Assembly (NCBI RefSeq): GCF_006345805.1
Contig: NC_042997.1
Span: 1,550,001-1,614,000 of the forward strand
Source: Octopus sinensis
Taxonomy: Eukaryota
Length of the DNA stretch: 64,000 nucleotides
Direction of reading: 5' to 3'
The first letter of the stretch is position 1. Every line of letters starts with the position of its first letter. Below are positions 41,185-52,500 of this stretch, in pieces. The notes below the pieces were generated by a model. The model was not told where the DNA came from and did not search any database. It saw only the letters and a program-made list of their open reading frames with translations. A program made the translations under genes and the position numbers.

Positions 41185-42345
41185 ATATAATAAATGAAAA
41201 ATGCATTAAATACTACAAAACGTAGTACACGTAGGACAGACACCAGGACATATATTCTTCATCAGTTATGGACCAGAAATACTAATACCTAGTTTCATGA
41301 CTTAAGCGTTAAGACTAGGAACTTTGTATATCGGCAGCACCCTTCATTCCCCCGTTCTTTCTTCCTCTCTCTCTCTCTCTCTTTGCCACTCTCTCTCTCT
41401 CTCTCTCTCTGTCACTCTCTCTATCTCTCTCTGCCGCTCTCTCTATCTTTCTCTGCCACTCTCTCTATCTCATTCCGCCACTCTCTCTATCTCTCTGCTT
41501 CTCTCACTCTCCTCCTTCTATTCTATCTGCTATCCACACGTGACCGGTGACTGATATTCCACTTTCCGCCTCTTTCCCATTGGACACCTACATTTTTACT
41601 CCTATCTTCTCCTCTCTAACTAATTCTGTTTTTATATCCATTTGAGGTTTCTTCCAGGCGTTAAACCATTATTCACCTCTTTGGGCCTAAGGCTTTATTT
41701 ACTTACTGTCTTCGTCTATCATTTCAAATTAGTTTTGCTTACTTTTGTATATCCACCCTGTATTATTTCGTTCGAGCCCTAATTCTACTTAAATTTCGCG
41801 CGAGCCGCCAATATATGAAGTGTCATGCTTTATCGATAAGAGCATGAAACTAGTTATTAGAATTTTCGGCCGATAACTTATGAAGAAATTAGTTCCTGAT
41901 ATCCTTCGTGTACGTTTTTTAGTATCTAATTTTTCATTTATGGAATAACTGAACGCCAGGTATCCCGACTTTTCTCAAGAGTTAATTTGTATATATATTT
42001 CGCGACTCTTTCTTTCACTCTCGTCTTGATATTCCTTTTCTAGCATCCCTAGTTCCTCTCTCCCTCTCTTTCATCTTCTCAAACATAATTGTAGACATTT
42101 CGCTTCCTTCCCCTGTTGTTTCCTTCTCTCTGTCTGCCATGCTCTTTCTCTCTCCTTCCCTTGTATCTGCTATCCACACGTGACCAATGACAGATTTTCA
42201 TTTTCCGCATTTTGCCACTAGATGCCAAGTTATTAGTATTTTCGGTCGATAACTGAAGAATGTAGGTTCTGGTGTCTGCCCTGCATGTACATTTTCTAGT
42301 ATCTAATGCATTTTCCCATTTATGGAATAACTGAAAGCCAAGCAT
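41185..42345. mobile_element. Composite repeat: one inverted (41185-41300) and two tandem (~41500-41960, ~42150-42345) homologous segments
   Basis: Shared TATTAG..GATAACTGA(T/A)GAA..TAGTAT.TAATGCATTTT segment; TATCCACACGTGACC at 41531 and 42171. Confidence 0.6.
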
Positions 42346-42451
42346 CCAAACTTTTGTTTGTCAAGTCTTCCGACTAAACACGTCTGGCAGTGCCCCAGCA
42401 TGACTGCAATGTCCAATATGTGAAAGAGATGGAAGGGAAGAGGCAATATAT

Positions 42452-43137
42452 CATCATGGCAATCCCTCAAGGTCGAGGATGATGGTCCTCGCGCAAATTT
42501 ACTGGTGAGTCCGTAGGTGACCGATAAGATCAATTCTTGCTTGATAAGATCAGTCGCAGTGCGGACATCTAGTGCCGGAAGGGAGAGTCGCACGTGGTTG
42601 TTGTTGGCGCTCCTTCCGTCGTCGTCTTTTCTCCTCCAGCTCTGCAGACCTTTTCGATTCGAAAGTCGCCGTTCCCTCATGGATGGTGGTTTTCCAGAGT
42701 GGTCTGTTTTTTGCTGATCGGGACATCCGAACCGAAACCAAACTCACGGTGTACAGGGCAGTCATTATTCCAACCCTCCTTTATGCATCCGAAACCTGGA
42801 CCCCGTATAGTCACCACCTGAAAACGCTCGAGAAATTTCACCAACGCTGTCTTCGGAAGATGCTTAACATCAGCTAGGAAGACAGAAGAACAAACGTCAG
42901 CGTGCTACAAGAAGCAAAAATGACCAGCATCGAAGCCTATGTCATCAAAGGCCAACTAAGATGGAGCGGCCACGTGGTTAGAATGACTGACGAACGACTT
43001 CCCAAACAGATCTTCTACTCCCAACTCAAAGACGGCAAGCGTACAAAATGAGGCCAGAAGAAACTCTACAAGGACTCCCTGAAAACGAACCTCAAAAAGT
43101 GTGACATCGACTTCACTAACTGGGAGGAAACGGCAAC
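42452..43137 (-). mobile_element. RTE LINE insertion with 5' inversion and 11-bp TSD
   Basis: The 3' end is on minus (NRPLWKTTIHEG..CPHC..GHLRTHQ*). The upstream segment is on plus (LLYASETW..LRWSGHVVRM..NWEETA). TSD AGGCAATATAT at 42441 and 43138. Confidence 0.9.
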
Positions 43138-43169
43138 AGGCAATATATATATATATTCACATATTGCAC

Positions 43170-43560
43170 ACAGCAGTCATGCATGCTAGGGGCACCGCCA
43201 GACATGTTTAGTCGGAAGAATCGACTCCTGTACACATTGGTTTAAGGCATGATACTTATTTTATTGTCTTCCTTCACCGTGCCGCAAAGTAAGAAAGACA
43301 TATACATACTTAAACCGGCCGTCAATTGGAAGGTGGGGAAATCCCCACACAAAAACTTACGCACATGGGCACACGTACTCACATGTACACATGCACATAC
43401 ACTCATACTCACACAGATATATACAACTGTTCTTTTTCAGTCTCCGTCACCAGACACACAAATAAATTTTTGATCGGCCCAAGACAATAGTAAAAGAGAC
43501 TGGTCCAAAGTGCCATGCTGTGGACCTCAACCTGAGCCATTTGGTTGGTAAGCAAACTTC
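43170..43560 (-). mobile_element. SINE family A (decayed)
   Basis: Reverse strand head GTTTGCTTACCAACC..CATGGCACTTTGGAC; tail CCCCTAGCATG. Confidence 0.65.
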
Positions 43561-43764
43561 TTAATCTCACAACGACTACTTTATATATATATATATATAT
43601 ATATACACACGCACAAAACACATGCGCACACATACGCACGCACACACGCACACGAATGCACACACCCAACACTCACAACCCCACGGATACACGTACACGC
43701 ACACACAACTACACGCACATACGACACGCGCGCACATATGACACGCACGCACATGGGAGCACTC

Positions 43765-44134
43765 CGTCGGTTACGACGACGAGGGTTCCGGTTGATCCGA
43801 TCAAACGAACAGCCTGCTCGTGAAATTAACGTGTAAGTGGCTGAGCACTCCAGAGACACGTGTATCCTTAACGTAGTTCTCGGGGATATTCAGCGTGACA
43901 CAGAGAGTGACAAGACCGGCCCTTTGAAATACAGGTACAGCAGAAACAGGAAGTAAGAGTGAGAGAAAGTTGTGGTGAAAGAGTAGAGCAGGGATCACCA
44001 CCATCCCTGCCGGAGCATCGTGGAGCTTTAGGTGTTTTCGCTCAATAAACACTCACAACGCCCGGTCTGGGAATCGAAACCTCGATCCTACGACCGCGAG
44101 TCCGCTGCCCTAACCACTGGGCCATTGCGCCTCC
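43765..44134 (-). mobile_element. Well-preserved tRNA-derived SINE (family C)
   Basis: Head GGAGGCGCAATGGCCCAGTGGTTAGGGCAGCGGAC..GGTTTCGATTCCC with A and B boxes; CpG-rich. Confidence 0.9.
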
Positions 44135-44679
44135 ATACATACACACACAAACACAAATGAACCCACACATACGTCCCATACACACGGCACACAATTATAC
44201 ATACACGCACACAGTTATACATACATATGTACACACATACAAGTACAAGTACACACGCACACATACAAAGTAAAGCACAGTTATTCGCCACACACCCACA
44301 CTCTACGCATACACACACGCACACACACATAAATACACATTCACACACACACGATGCATGTACATACACGCACACACATACTTCAAACTAGCGGGTACCT
44401 ACTACTGACTTGGGTAGAGATAAAAAGAGCCACTCCCAATTCCTTCTTCCTTGACCTTAAACAATATTAAGCCCTACAACACGCAAAGATTAACAGCCAC
44501 AACCACACACACATACGCACACACACGTCTTATGATTGCACACATACACACATACACACACACGCACACGCAGACCTTCGCGCACGCACATATCCACACT
44601 TACACACACATACCTCCTCTTGCACTCTCCTGTCTTTGAAACAATCTTTCTCCACCCATTTGCGTTCGGTCATTCAAAA

Positions 44680-44890
44680 TGTGATCGCGCGTGTACCGTT
44701 GGCGATTTTTTTCCTCTGTCTTCCCTTCTCTGGATCTTTCCTTCTCCTATGTTTCTGACGAAGAGCTCTGCTCGTAACGTTAAACCCTCCTTCTTCGCTT
44801 CCTTCCTGAGCGTCCAATAATACTATATTTGTTCCACGTCCTCGCGTTGCTGTGTTTTCTCTTTGTGTGTTCATGTTTGGATTAACTTTA
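44680..44890 (+). mobile_element. Short PLE terminal-repeat-like element with hammerhead at 44751-44785
   Basis: GUUU CUGACGA A GAGC UCU GCUC GUAA CGUU AAAC (GAAA mutated to GUAA); ends in (TA)n. Confidence 0.75.
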
Positions 44891-44893
44891 TAT

Positions 44894-44927
<34 letters not shown>

Positions 44928-45099
44928 CATACATATATATATATATATATATGTAACTGTATATGTATATATATATATATATGTGTGTTGGGTGGGGGGT
45001 GTATGTATATGCATACATGTTTTCATCCAGTTATAAGGTTTAGAAGAGCTGTAAGCCAGAGAGCCAGGCAAACCTAGTGTAAATGGGAAATCCCTTCAT

Positions 45100-47140
45100 A
45101 CAAGGATTATAGCAGGTAACACCCACTGGATGAGGTAGCTCCTCATTAAAATATTCCTGGCAGCTTGTTGCTTCTCTCTAATTTGAGCTGTTTAGTGTAG
45201 ATTATTGATAACTGAAGAGAACAACTGTAAATAAGAAATTGGCTTAACAAATATTATAATAATGAAAATAACGACCATGTATCTACATCTGTTTGTAATA
45301 GTCGTTTAAATAAATGTCGTTAGAAGAATTGTTTATGTTATAAAGTTGTTATAGACAATAAAGGTTTTAGCGGTAAGATTACAGGTAAGAAGCTTATTCT
45401 TAATAATAATTTACTGTTAAGTTGTAAAGCTAGTAATTTATTTGATTAGCTGTGATGAACGTGATGAACACTATGTAGTGCAAACTACTCAGGAATTACA
45501 TCAACATCTGAATGGTCATAGATAACCATTTACATTATGTAGTTAGCTTAAAATTTACGAACACTTTAGAGAGCATAGCTCAGGGTTTGAAAACTGTAAA
45601 ATTCAAATAATTGGTCAAATAAATAGCAGTGTGGATAATATTAGACAGAAATCTTTAGAAGAAGAGTGATTTTGGACTGAGGTGTTATGTAGCGTATATC
45701 CTCTAGGCCTTAATGATAACATTTTAGCTGTAGGGAACATTTCTATTAATAATGATACAGGAGGAATATATTTCCCAAACCAATAGTTAGAAGGAAATGT
45801 AGCCATGGACGTAGTATTTAGAACAGAAATAAGGTTAGAAAGGATCTTTCATTGGATTGGTTTACACTTAATGATTTATATATAAAGAAACAATATTAAG
45901 GTTCTTATGTAATGTCAAGAGAGTGTTCTGATGGAGAACGTAAAGAAATAATGGATATATGCCATAAAAAAGCGACTAAAGTGAAACCCAATAATGTAAA
46001 AGTTGAATATTTAAAGATACCATTTGTTAGTAATTTCATTGATGATGTTAACTTAGGTAATGTAATTAAAAATAAAAAAGAACTAAAAATAGTTTGCCGG
46101 AAAATGTTAGACATATAAAGGGCAACATTTCTTACAAACTTGTTAAGGAGATAAGTAGTACCTTATTTGATTATAATAAGCTCCTACCAAAAGTAAGTCT
46201 AAAAAGTTTTAAAGAAATATATCTAGAGATCGTAAACGTAATAATTCGGAATTTTGTTATAAAAAATATGGCTTTTTTTATAAAAGAAATTTAGATATTA
46301 TTTAAAATGAGGAACTAAGGGAGATTATGAGCAGAGGGACAAATTATAGAGAACAAGGTAAAATTAGTAAATATAATTTAAAGAAAGTTATATTAAATAT
46401 TTCATAGTGAAATTAAGTCTCTAATATAATGTTAAATTGGTGGAGATCAATAACTGGGTTGGAAAATTATCTTATGTGGCATTGAAGTATATAAAGAAAT
46501 ATAAGTGGATAGGGAATAAACCACAAGCGAAGGCGTATATAAATGAAATTACATGAAAAAGCAGCAAGGAATTTTGTTGTAATTTGTAAAAAATATTATA
46601 TGATGGTTGTATGATGGTTGTAAAGTGTAGATAAAGAATTTACGTTTAAAGTTAATAACATAAAGTTATACAGGAAAACGTTAATGACAGAGTTAATAGA
46701 CTTATACATACAGAAGAACTATTCAGTGATTGAGAAGCGGAAGAAAAGGATAAAAAATATCTCTAAACATATTTGGATTGCTATACTACATAAAGTTCCT
46801 TTTAAAAGTAGTTTCATAGCAGGAGCTAGTAATTGACAAATACACAGCTATCTATATTAGTTAATGATGCTTTAAATGTAGTTAGAACATATTTTAAAAA
46901 AAAATATTACGATAAAATTTATAACAGCTCGGGAATGAATTATTTTTGGAGTATTACATCAACTACGGATTTTCTGGATAGACTGATTAAAAGAAAGAAG
47001 GTTAAGATTAAGTATGTCTACGATTTTTTTCGACGCTATATACAAACTTAAATCTTAAATGTGTAGAAGAATGTATTTTTAGTGTATTAAAATATGTAAG
47101 GATAACAGTTATTTAATAGGTATGCAGTGTTTTAATTATT
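45100..47140 (+). mobile_element. Permuted Penelope-like element (GIY-YIG N-terminal to RT; Naiad-type), degenerate
   Basis: LSCKASN.IYLISC..HYV.QT..LNGHR and YPLGLND at 45420-45720 precede RT motifs RGTNYRE, LHKVPFKSSFIAG, FWSITST and LYTNL at 46330-47050. Confidence 0.8.
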
Positions 47141-47143
47141 AAC

Positions 47144-47463
47144 TTTTAGAGTAAAGTTTTTTGCCAACATAACATGGCAGTCCTGGTTTAGGGCGAATGT
47201 TGCTATAATTTAGCCTCAGGAGAATCATATTCAGCGGGCTATACCACACAATCTGTGTGCTTATATTTTCAAACAAGGGAATCTAGCTTCCTCACTCAGC
47301 TCAAACAATATCAGTGTATCGCGATTTCCGGGTTATTTCGCTTCATCAGCACATAATAATTATGTGGCTAGAGGTGGCGCTGATCTATAAATTAGGAAAT
47401 TACTATTTTTAAATCTCACAACAGGTCTGCCATGTTAGGTTGTCAAAACTCTTTACTCCAAAA
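47144..47463. repeat. Inverted-repeat-bounded segment containing a hammerhead (47313-47353, minus)
   Basis: ~42-bp arms. GUG CUGAUGA A..GAAA UCGCGA UA^CAC, with palindromic stem III AUCGCGAU; stem II is degenerate. Confidence 0.7.
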
Positions 47464-47881
47464 TACTGTTTCTGAATATCTGTAATATAGTAATTTTCTA
47501 ATTAACTTTTAGATTATGAAATAGTGTAATTCACTTAGAATTAGTTATATTATTAGTTAATCATTTTTGTTTTGTTTCGGATAAAATACAATATAAAAGC
47601 TTTCACTTTTAAACTAATAACTATGGAAGACTGGTAGGAATACTATCTATAAGGACTTTAAGGGCTAGGTTGCGATTTAGATAGATAATTTAGGAGTTAT
47701 AGGTCTACTTATAGAATACATTTAACGATACTGTTTTTGTACATAGGGTGTTGTGCTTTCTTGTAATTTAACTAATAATATCAGTGTTTAATCCTAGAAT
47801 TTTAATTGAATGAATGTGGCAATATCTGAGGTATGTTTCTTTCCCAAAAACACTTACTTTTGATACTGTCGGATGGAATGG

Positions 47882-47929
<48 letters not shown>

Positions 47930-48034
47930 TGTACATATATATGTATATTATATATATATATATATAATATATTATATATATATATATACATATATAATAT
48001 TATATATATATATATATATATTTATTATAGAAGG

Positions 48035-48085
48035 AGCTTCTACAGGACTAGAACTGTTTCATTCATGAGAAATCTTCAGGAAGCT
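48035..48085 (-). ncRNA. Type I hammerhead ribozyme (complete)
   Basis: AGCUUC CUGAAGA UUUC-UCAU-GAAU GAA ACAG-loop-CUGU A^GAAGCU; 6-bp stem I, 4-bp stem III, weak stem II. Confidence 0.8.
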
Positions 48086-48240
48086 AGTTAACAAGAATTG
48101 TATTGGCATTTATACATTTAGGCAGGTTCAAAGGGGTGTTGGTGGGGGACTTTTTGGGGGTAGGCATAGCGCAAAAAATCATACTTGGGGGGTGGGTCAA
48201 GGAGTCAGTGTTAAATTAGATAGGAGAATAAATAAAAAAT

Positions 48241-48277
<37 letters not shown>

Positions 48278-49448
48278 AAATAACAAATAAAAATAAAAAA
48301 TAAAAAATAAAAATAAAAATAAAAAATAAAAAAAATAAAAAATAAAAAATAAAAAATAAAAAATATATATGTATGTGTGTGTATTTATATTTATTGGTGT
48401 ATATGTATAGACTGGCCTTCTAAGAGTGTAGACATGAATCTGTAGGTACGTGTATATATATATATATAATATAATATATATATATATATATATATGTGTA
48501 CATGTAATGTATTTGTATGTAGGTGTACATGTATGTGTGTGTATTTATATTTATTGGTGTATATGTATAGACTAGCCTTCTAAGTGTAGACATGAATCTG
48601 TAGGTACGCGTACGTATGTGTATATACGTGAATGTATGTAGATGTACGTATGTATGAATATAACGCGTGCGTGCGTGTATGCGTATGAGTGTACGAATGA
48701 GTGAGTGTACGTGCTAATGAGTGTGCGTGAGTGAATGAGTAATTGTTTTCCAGTAGACGGATAAATGGTCTGGCTGTCATAGCCAAGATGTTTGTGACCA
48801 AGCGGCCAAAGATAACAAAAGTAATAACGAAGATAATAAAATTAAATTTAGGGAATGGGTCTGTATTTGTATATGTATATATATATATATATATGTTGTA
48901 TGTGTAGGTATGCATGGGTACACATATGTATATATATGTGTATATATATATATATATATGTGTATGTATATATATATGTAGTGTATGTGTATGTATGTAT
49001 ATATTTGGTATGTATGTGTATGTGTGGGTGTATATATATGTGTGTATGTGTATATATGTGTATATAGGGACTAGTGTGCTGTGTGTGCAGTGGTGTATGG
49101 ATGTGTGTGTGTATGCGTGTATGTGAGTATGTGTGGTATGTGTATATATATATATTTTTTTTGTGTGTGTATATGTATGTGTGGTCGTGTGTGTATATAT
49201 ACATGTGTGTATACGTGTATGCAAGTGAGTGTGTGTATGTATACATATATATGTGTATGTGTAGATATGTATATGTAGTGTGAGTGTATATATGTGTGTA
49301 TGTGTAGAGGTATAAGTGAGAATCTCCTTATTTACCTAAAACTCTATTCCCCCCTTTATATATATATATATATATATATTATACTATATAATATATATAT
49401 ATTTTTTTTATTTTTTATTTTTATTTTTTATATATTTTTTATTATTTT

Positions 49449-49505
<57 letters not shown>

Positions 49506-49516
49506 ATTTTTTATTT

Positions 49517-49553
<37 letters not shown>

Positions 49554-49685
49554 ATTTATTCTCCTATCTAATTTAACACTGACTCCTTGACCACTCCCCC
49601 AAGTATGATTTTTTGCGCTATGCCTACCCCCAAAAAGTCCCCCACCTGCCTAAATGTATAAATGCCAATACAATTCTTGTTAACT

Positions 49686-49730
49686 AGCTTCCTGAAGATT
49701 TCTCTTGAATGAAACAGTTCTAGTCCTGTA
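49686..49730 (+). ncRNA. Hammerhead copy truncated exactly at the GUA cleavage site
   Basis: Sequence ends ..CCTGTA and switches to the T-rich start of the next repeat unit. Confidence 0.75.
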
Positions 49731-49903
49731 TTTTTTATTTTTTATTTTTTATTTTTTATTTTTTATTTTTTATTTATTCTCCTATCTAATTTAACACTGA
49801 CTCCTTGACCACTCCCCCAAGTATGATTTTTTGCGCTATGCCTACCCCCAAAAAGTCCCCCACCTGCCTAAATGTATAAATGCCAATACAATTCTTGTTA
49901 ACT

Positions 49904-49954
49904 AGCTTCCTGAAGATTTCTCTTGAATGAAACAGTTCTAGTCCTGTAGAAGCT
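49904..49954 (+). ncRNA. Type I hammerhead ribozyme (complete)
   Basis: AGCUUC CUGAAGA UUUC-UCUU-GAAU GAA ACAG UUCUAGUC CUGU A^GAAGCU; predicted cut after 49948. Confidence 0.8.
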
Positions 49955-50105
49955 CCTTCTATATAATAAATTAATTTTACTCTGCTATGTATTGAGTACC
50001 TTATTTACTGTGGTTAACCCCGAATCAACCCGGGACCTACATATATATATATATATATATGTGTGTACATATATATGTATACACACACACACACGCATAT
50101 ATATA

Positions 50106-50144
<39 letters not shown>

Positions 50145-50224
50145 GAACTGCATATATATTATTATAAGTATATATACATACACACACATATAAGCAGATA
50201 TGCATATGTGTTGTTATAAATAGA

Positions 50225-50348
50225 ACCAGTACTGACATTGATCCTTGCTTGCTACCTCGGCAGAATTTGAACTCAGAACGTACCAACGGGCGAAATGCGG
50301 CTAAGTATTCCGTCCAGCGATCTATCGATTCTGCCAACTCACCGCCTT
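50225..50348 (-). mobile_element. SINE family B 5' part
   Basis: Reverse strand reads AAGGCGGTGAGTTGGCAGAATCG..GAGTTCAAATTCTGCCGAGG. Confidence 0.8.
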
Positions 50349-51343
50349 TAGGGCTCTAAGTAATACGAATATCGTTTTTAGACACTCCCGATGTCGTAAA
50401 TTATTATGATGAAATATAGTACACATTCCATTTCTACTCACGTATACCAAATTCCACTGAATGCATTATCGTTGAAATTCTTCAGTATCATAAGAGGTAA
50501 ACATAAGTAATGCAAATATAATTATACAGAAGTCATTTTAAATGCAAAGAAAGAAAATATTATTGGCATATCTACCTTCACCTCGCATCAAGCTAAAATG
50601 TAATATGTACTATCTGTTTCTACTGTGGATTTTTAATTTACTAGTACGGCTTTCCTTGCTTGCTTATAAATACGAACATCGTTTTTTGTGACAAACAGGA
50701 AACAGTTAAACATCATTTTTAATATTACGTGTGTGGCTCATTTTGATATGAGACACAAAAGAATACTTTAGATAGATGCAGTAATATGCGGGTAATATGT
50801 TTACAATGAACGTAATTATACCACAAGATGTTAGCTGGTAAATGACGTATGATAGACAATATCAACAGAGCAAATTTCAAACTAAGACTTCCTTTCAAAT
50901 CTGATATCAGCATGCACGCTCATTTACAATATTTCTAAGTGGATTGGCTCCAGAGAAGCCATTAAAGAATAACATAGTTAATATATTAGAAAACTACGCT
51001 AAAATCATTTACATACCAACAATTTCTGAGCCTCCTTACAATAGTTTTTCAGAAAAGAATTTTAACATTTACAAATAACTTATGTAATAATACACAAGTA
51101 TACATATATATGGATTTACGTAAACCAGTTGTACTGAATAAAAAGTTCTTTTGGTGGATGAGGCTACAAACCAAATGAACCAAAGCAGAGGGGTATAATG
51201 TATAATCCAATGCAGTTTAAATCCAGGAAATCCAATTGTCAATGATTATTTCATTGTGCATTTATAAAATACAAAGAAAGAGAGGAGGTAGATGAATTTA
51301 TTTATTTAACACATTCATCTTATACCTCCTCTCTTTCTCTCTC

Positions 51344-51406
<63 letters not shown>

Positions 51407-52109
51407 AATATATATATATATACATACATTACATACACATTTTTTTTTACCTCCAGCTTACCATGGATGTGCTGTTTTAAACGTCGTAAACTGTGCTAAT
51501 CGTCCTGAGAAACTATCTAACATAGACGTTTGGTGAGAAAAAACACAGATAATGTCGGCTCACTATATTTTACCATGAGTTGCAGATAGGAGTGCTGTAT
51601 CACCTAATTTCAGCATAATTTGCGCTTTCTCAGAAACTTGCACGATACCACCGAAAATCAGATCAAATTCCCGTGAAACCCGTGTAGAGTATCACTGACT
51701 AAACAGTCAGTGCACACCAGAAGTGTAAATATAAGTAAGGTTGTCAGTTAACTGTGAGTCTTTATAAAAGTTTGCTTACATTTCCCTAAATTTTTATATA
51801 GATTGCTGATAGTTTAAGCGCAATTTGGTTAGCTGAAGCTGCTAAAAATGCTACAGAAAGGCTAGCGATTACGCTTGAGATGTTGGTCTGCATATCAGGT
51901 TACTGGGTAGTTTATACCAAAAAGAAAGGCACGATAATTTCCAGTGAATATGTGATGTGATATGAACACAGAATTCTATTAGAAACGTTAACATTATAGA
52001 AATAGTTTCATTGTTTCTCTTTATGCTAGTTTATGTAATTTTGTGTGAGAATGTGAAGTACAATAGTGGATTCCCTATTTCCTTTGTTGTCACAGTGCAT
52101 TCAGATGTG

Positions 52110-52500
52110 TGGAAATCAAATACCATTTGGAAAACACTACCGAACAAAATTGATTGATAGAGGAATAGAACGCACCAAAGCAATAAGCATTCAAAAATTA
52201 CGAAGGACAAAAGAAAGGAAAAATTTAAAATACAGAAAATGCTCTAACGTACATCTCAACATACAACAAAAGACACCAAAGCATGCAACAATATCCATCA
52301 AAATATTCCATTATTGAAGCAAACCCCAGGAACGAAAGAAGCACTTAAATTATACAAAATATTCAACAGGAAAATTCGACAAAAATCCTTCAAAAATAAC
52401 CTACTAGGCAGCGAATTGGCAGAGTTAGAGAATCATAATTGCAGCAAAAATGAATATATCAGAATTCTCTTTTTTCCCAATGGACCATGTAGAACCTTAA
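52110..52500 (+). mobile_element. Penelope-like RT thumb/linker remnant
   Basis: KHYRTKLIDRGIERTKAI and IHQNIPLLKQ; similar to the minus-strand segment at 26000-26260. Confidence 0.55.

Larger units (their letters stand above)
48025..50040. mobile_element. Non-coding PLE-like element: inverted left terminal repeat plus tandem right terminal repeats, (TA)n-flanked
   Basis: 48025-48360 is the reverse complement of the right-hand repeats. The right side has a 218-bp tandem duplication. Each repeat carries the same hammerhead. Confidence 0.85.

Noticed and set aside
44060-44134. Possible tRNA gene
   Set aside because: It continues into a SINE body with no acceptor stem or terminator, so it is a SINE head.
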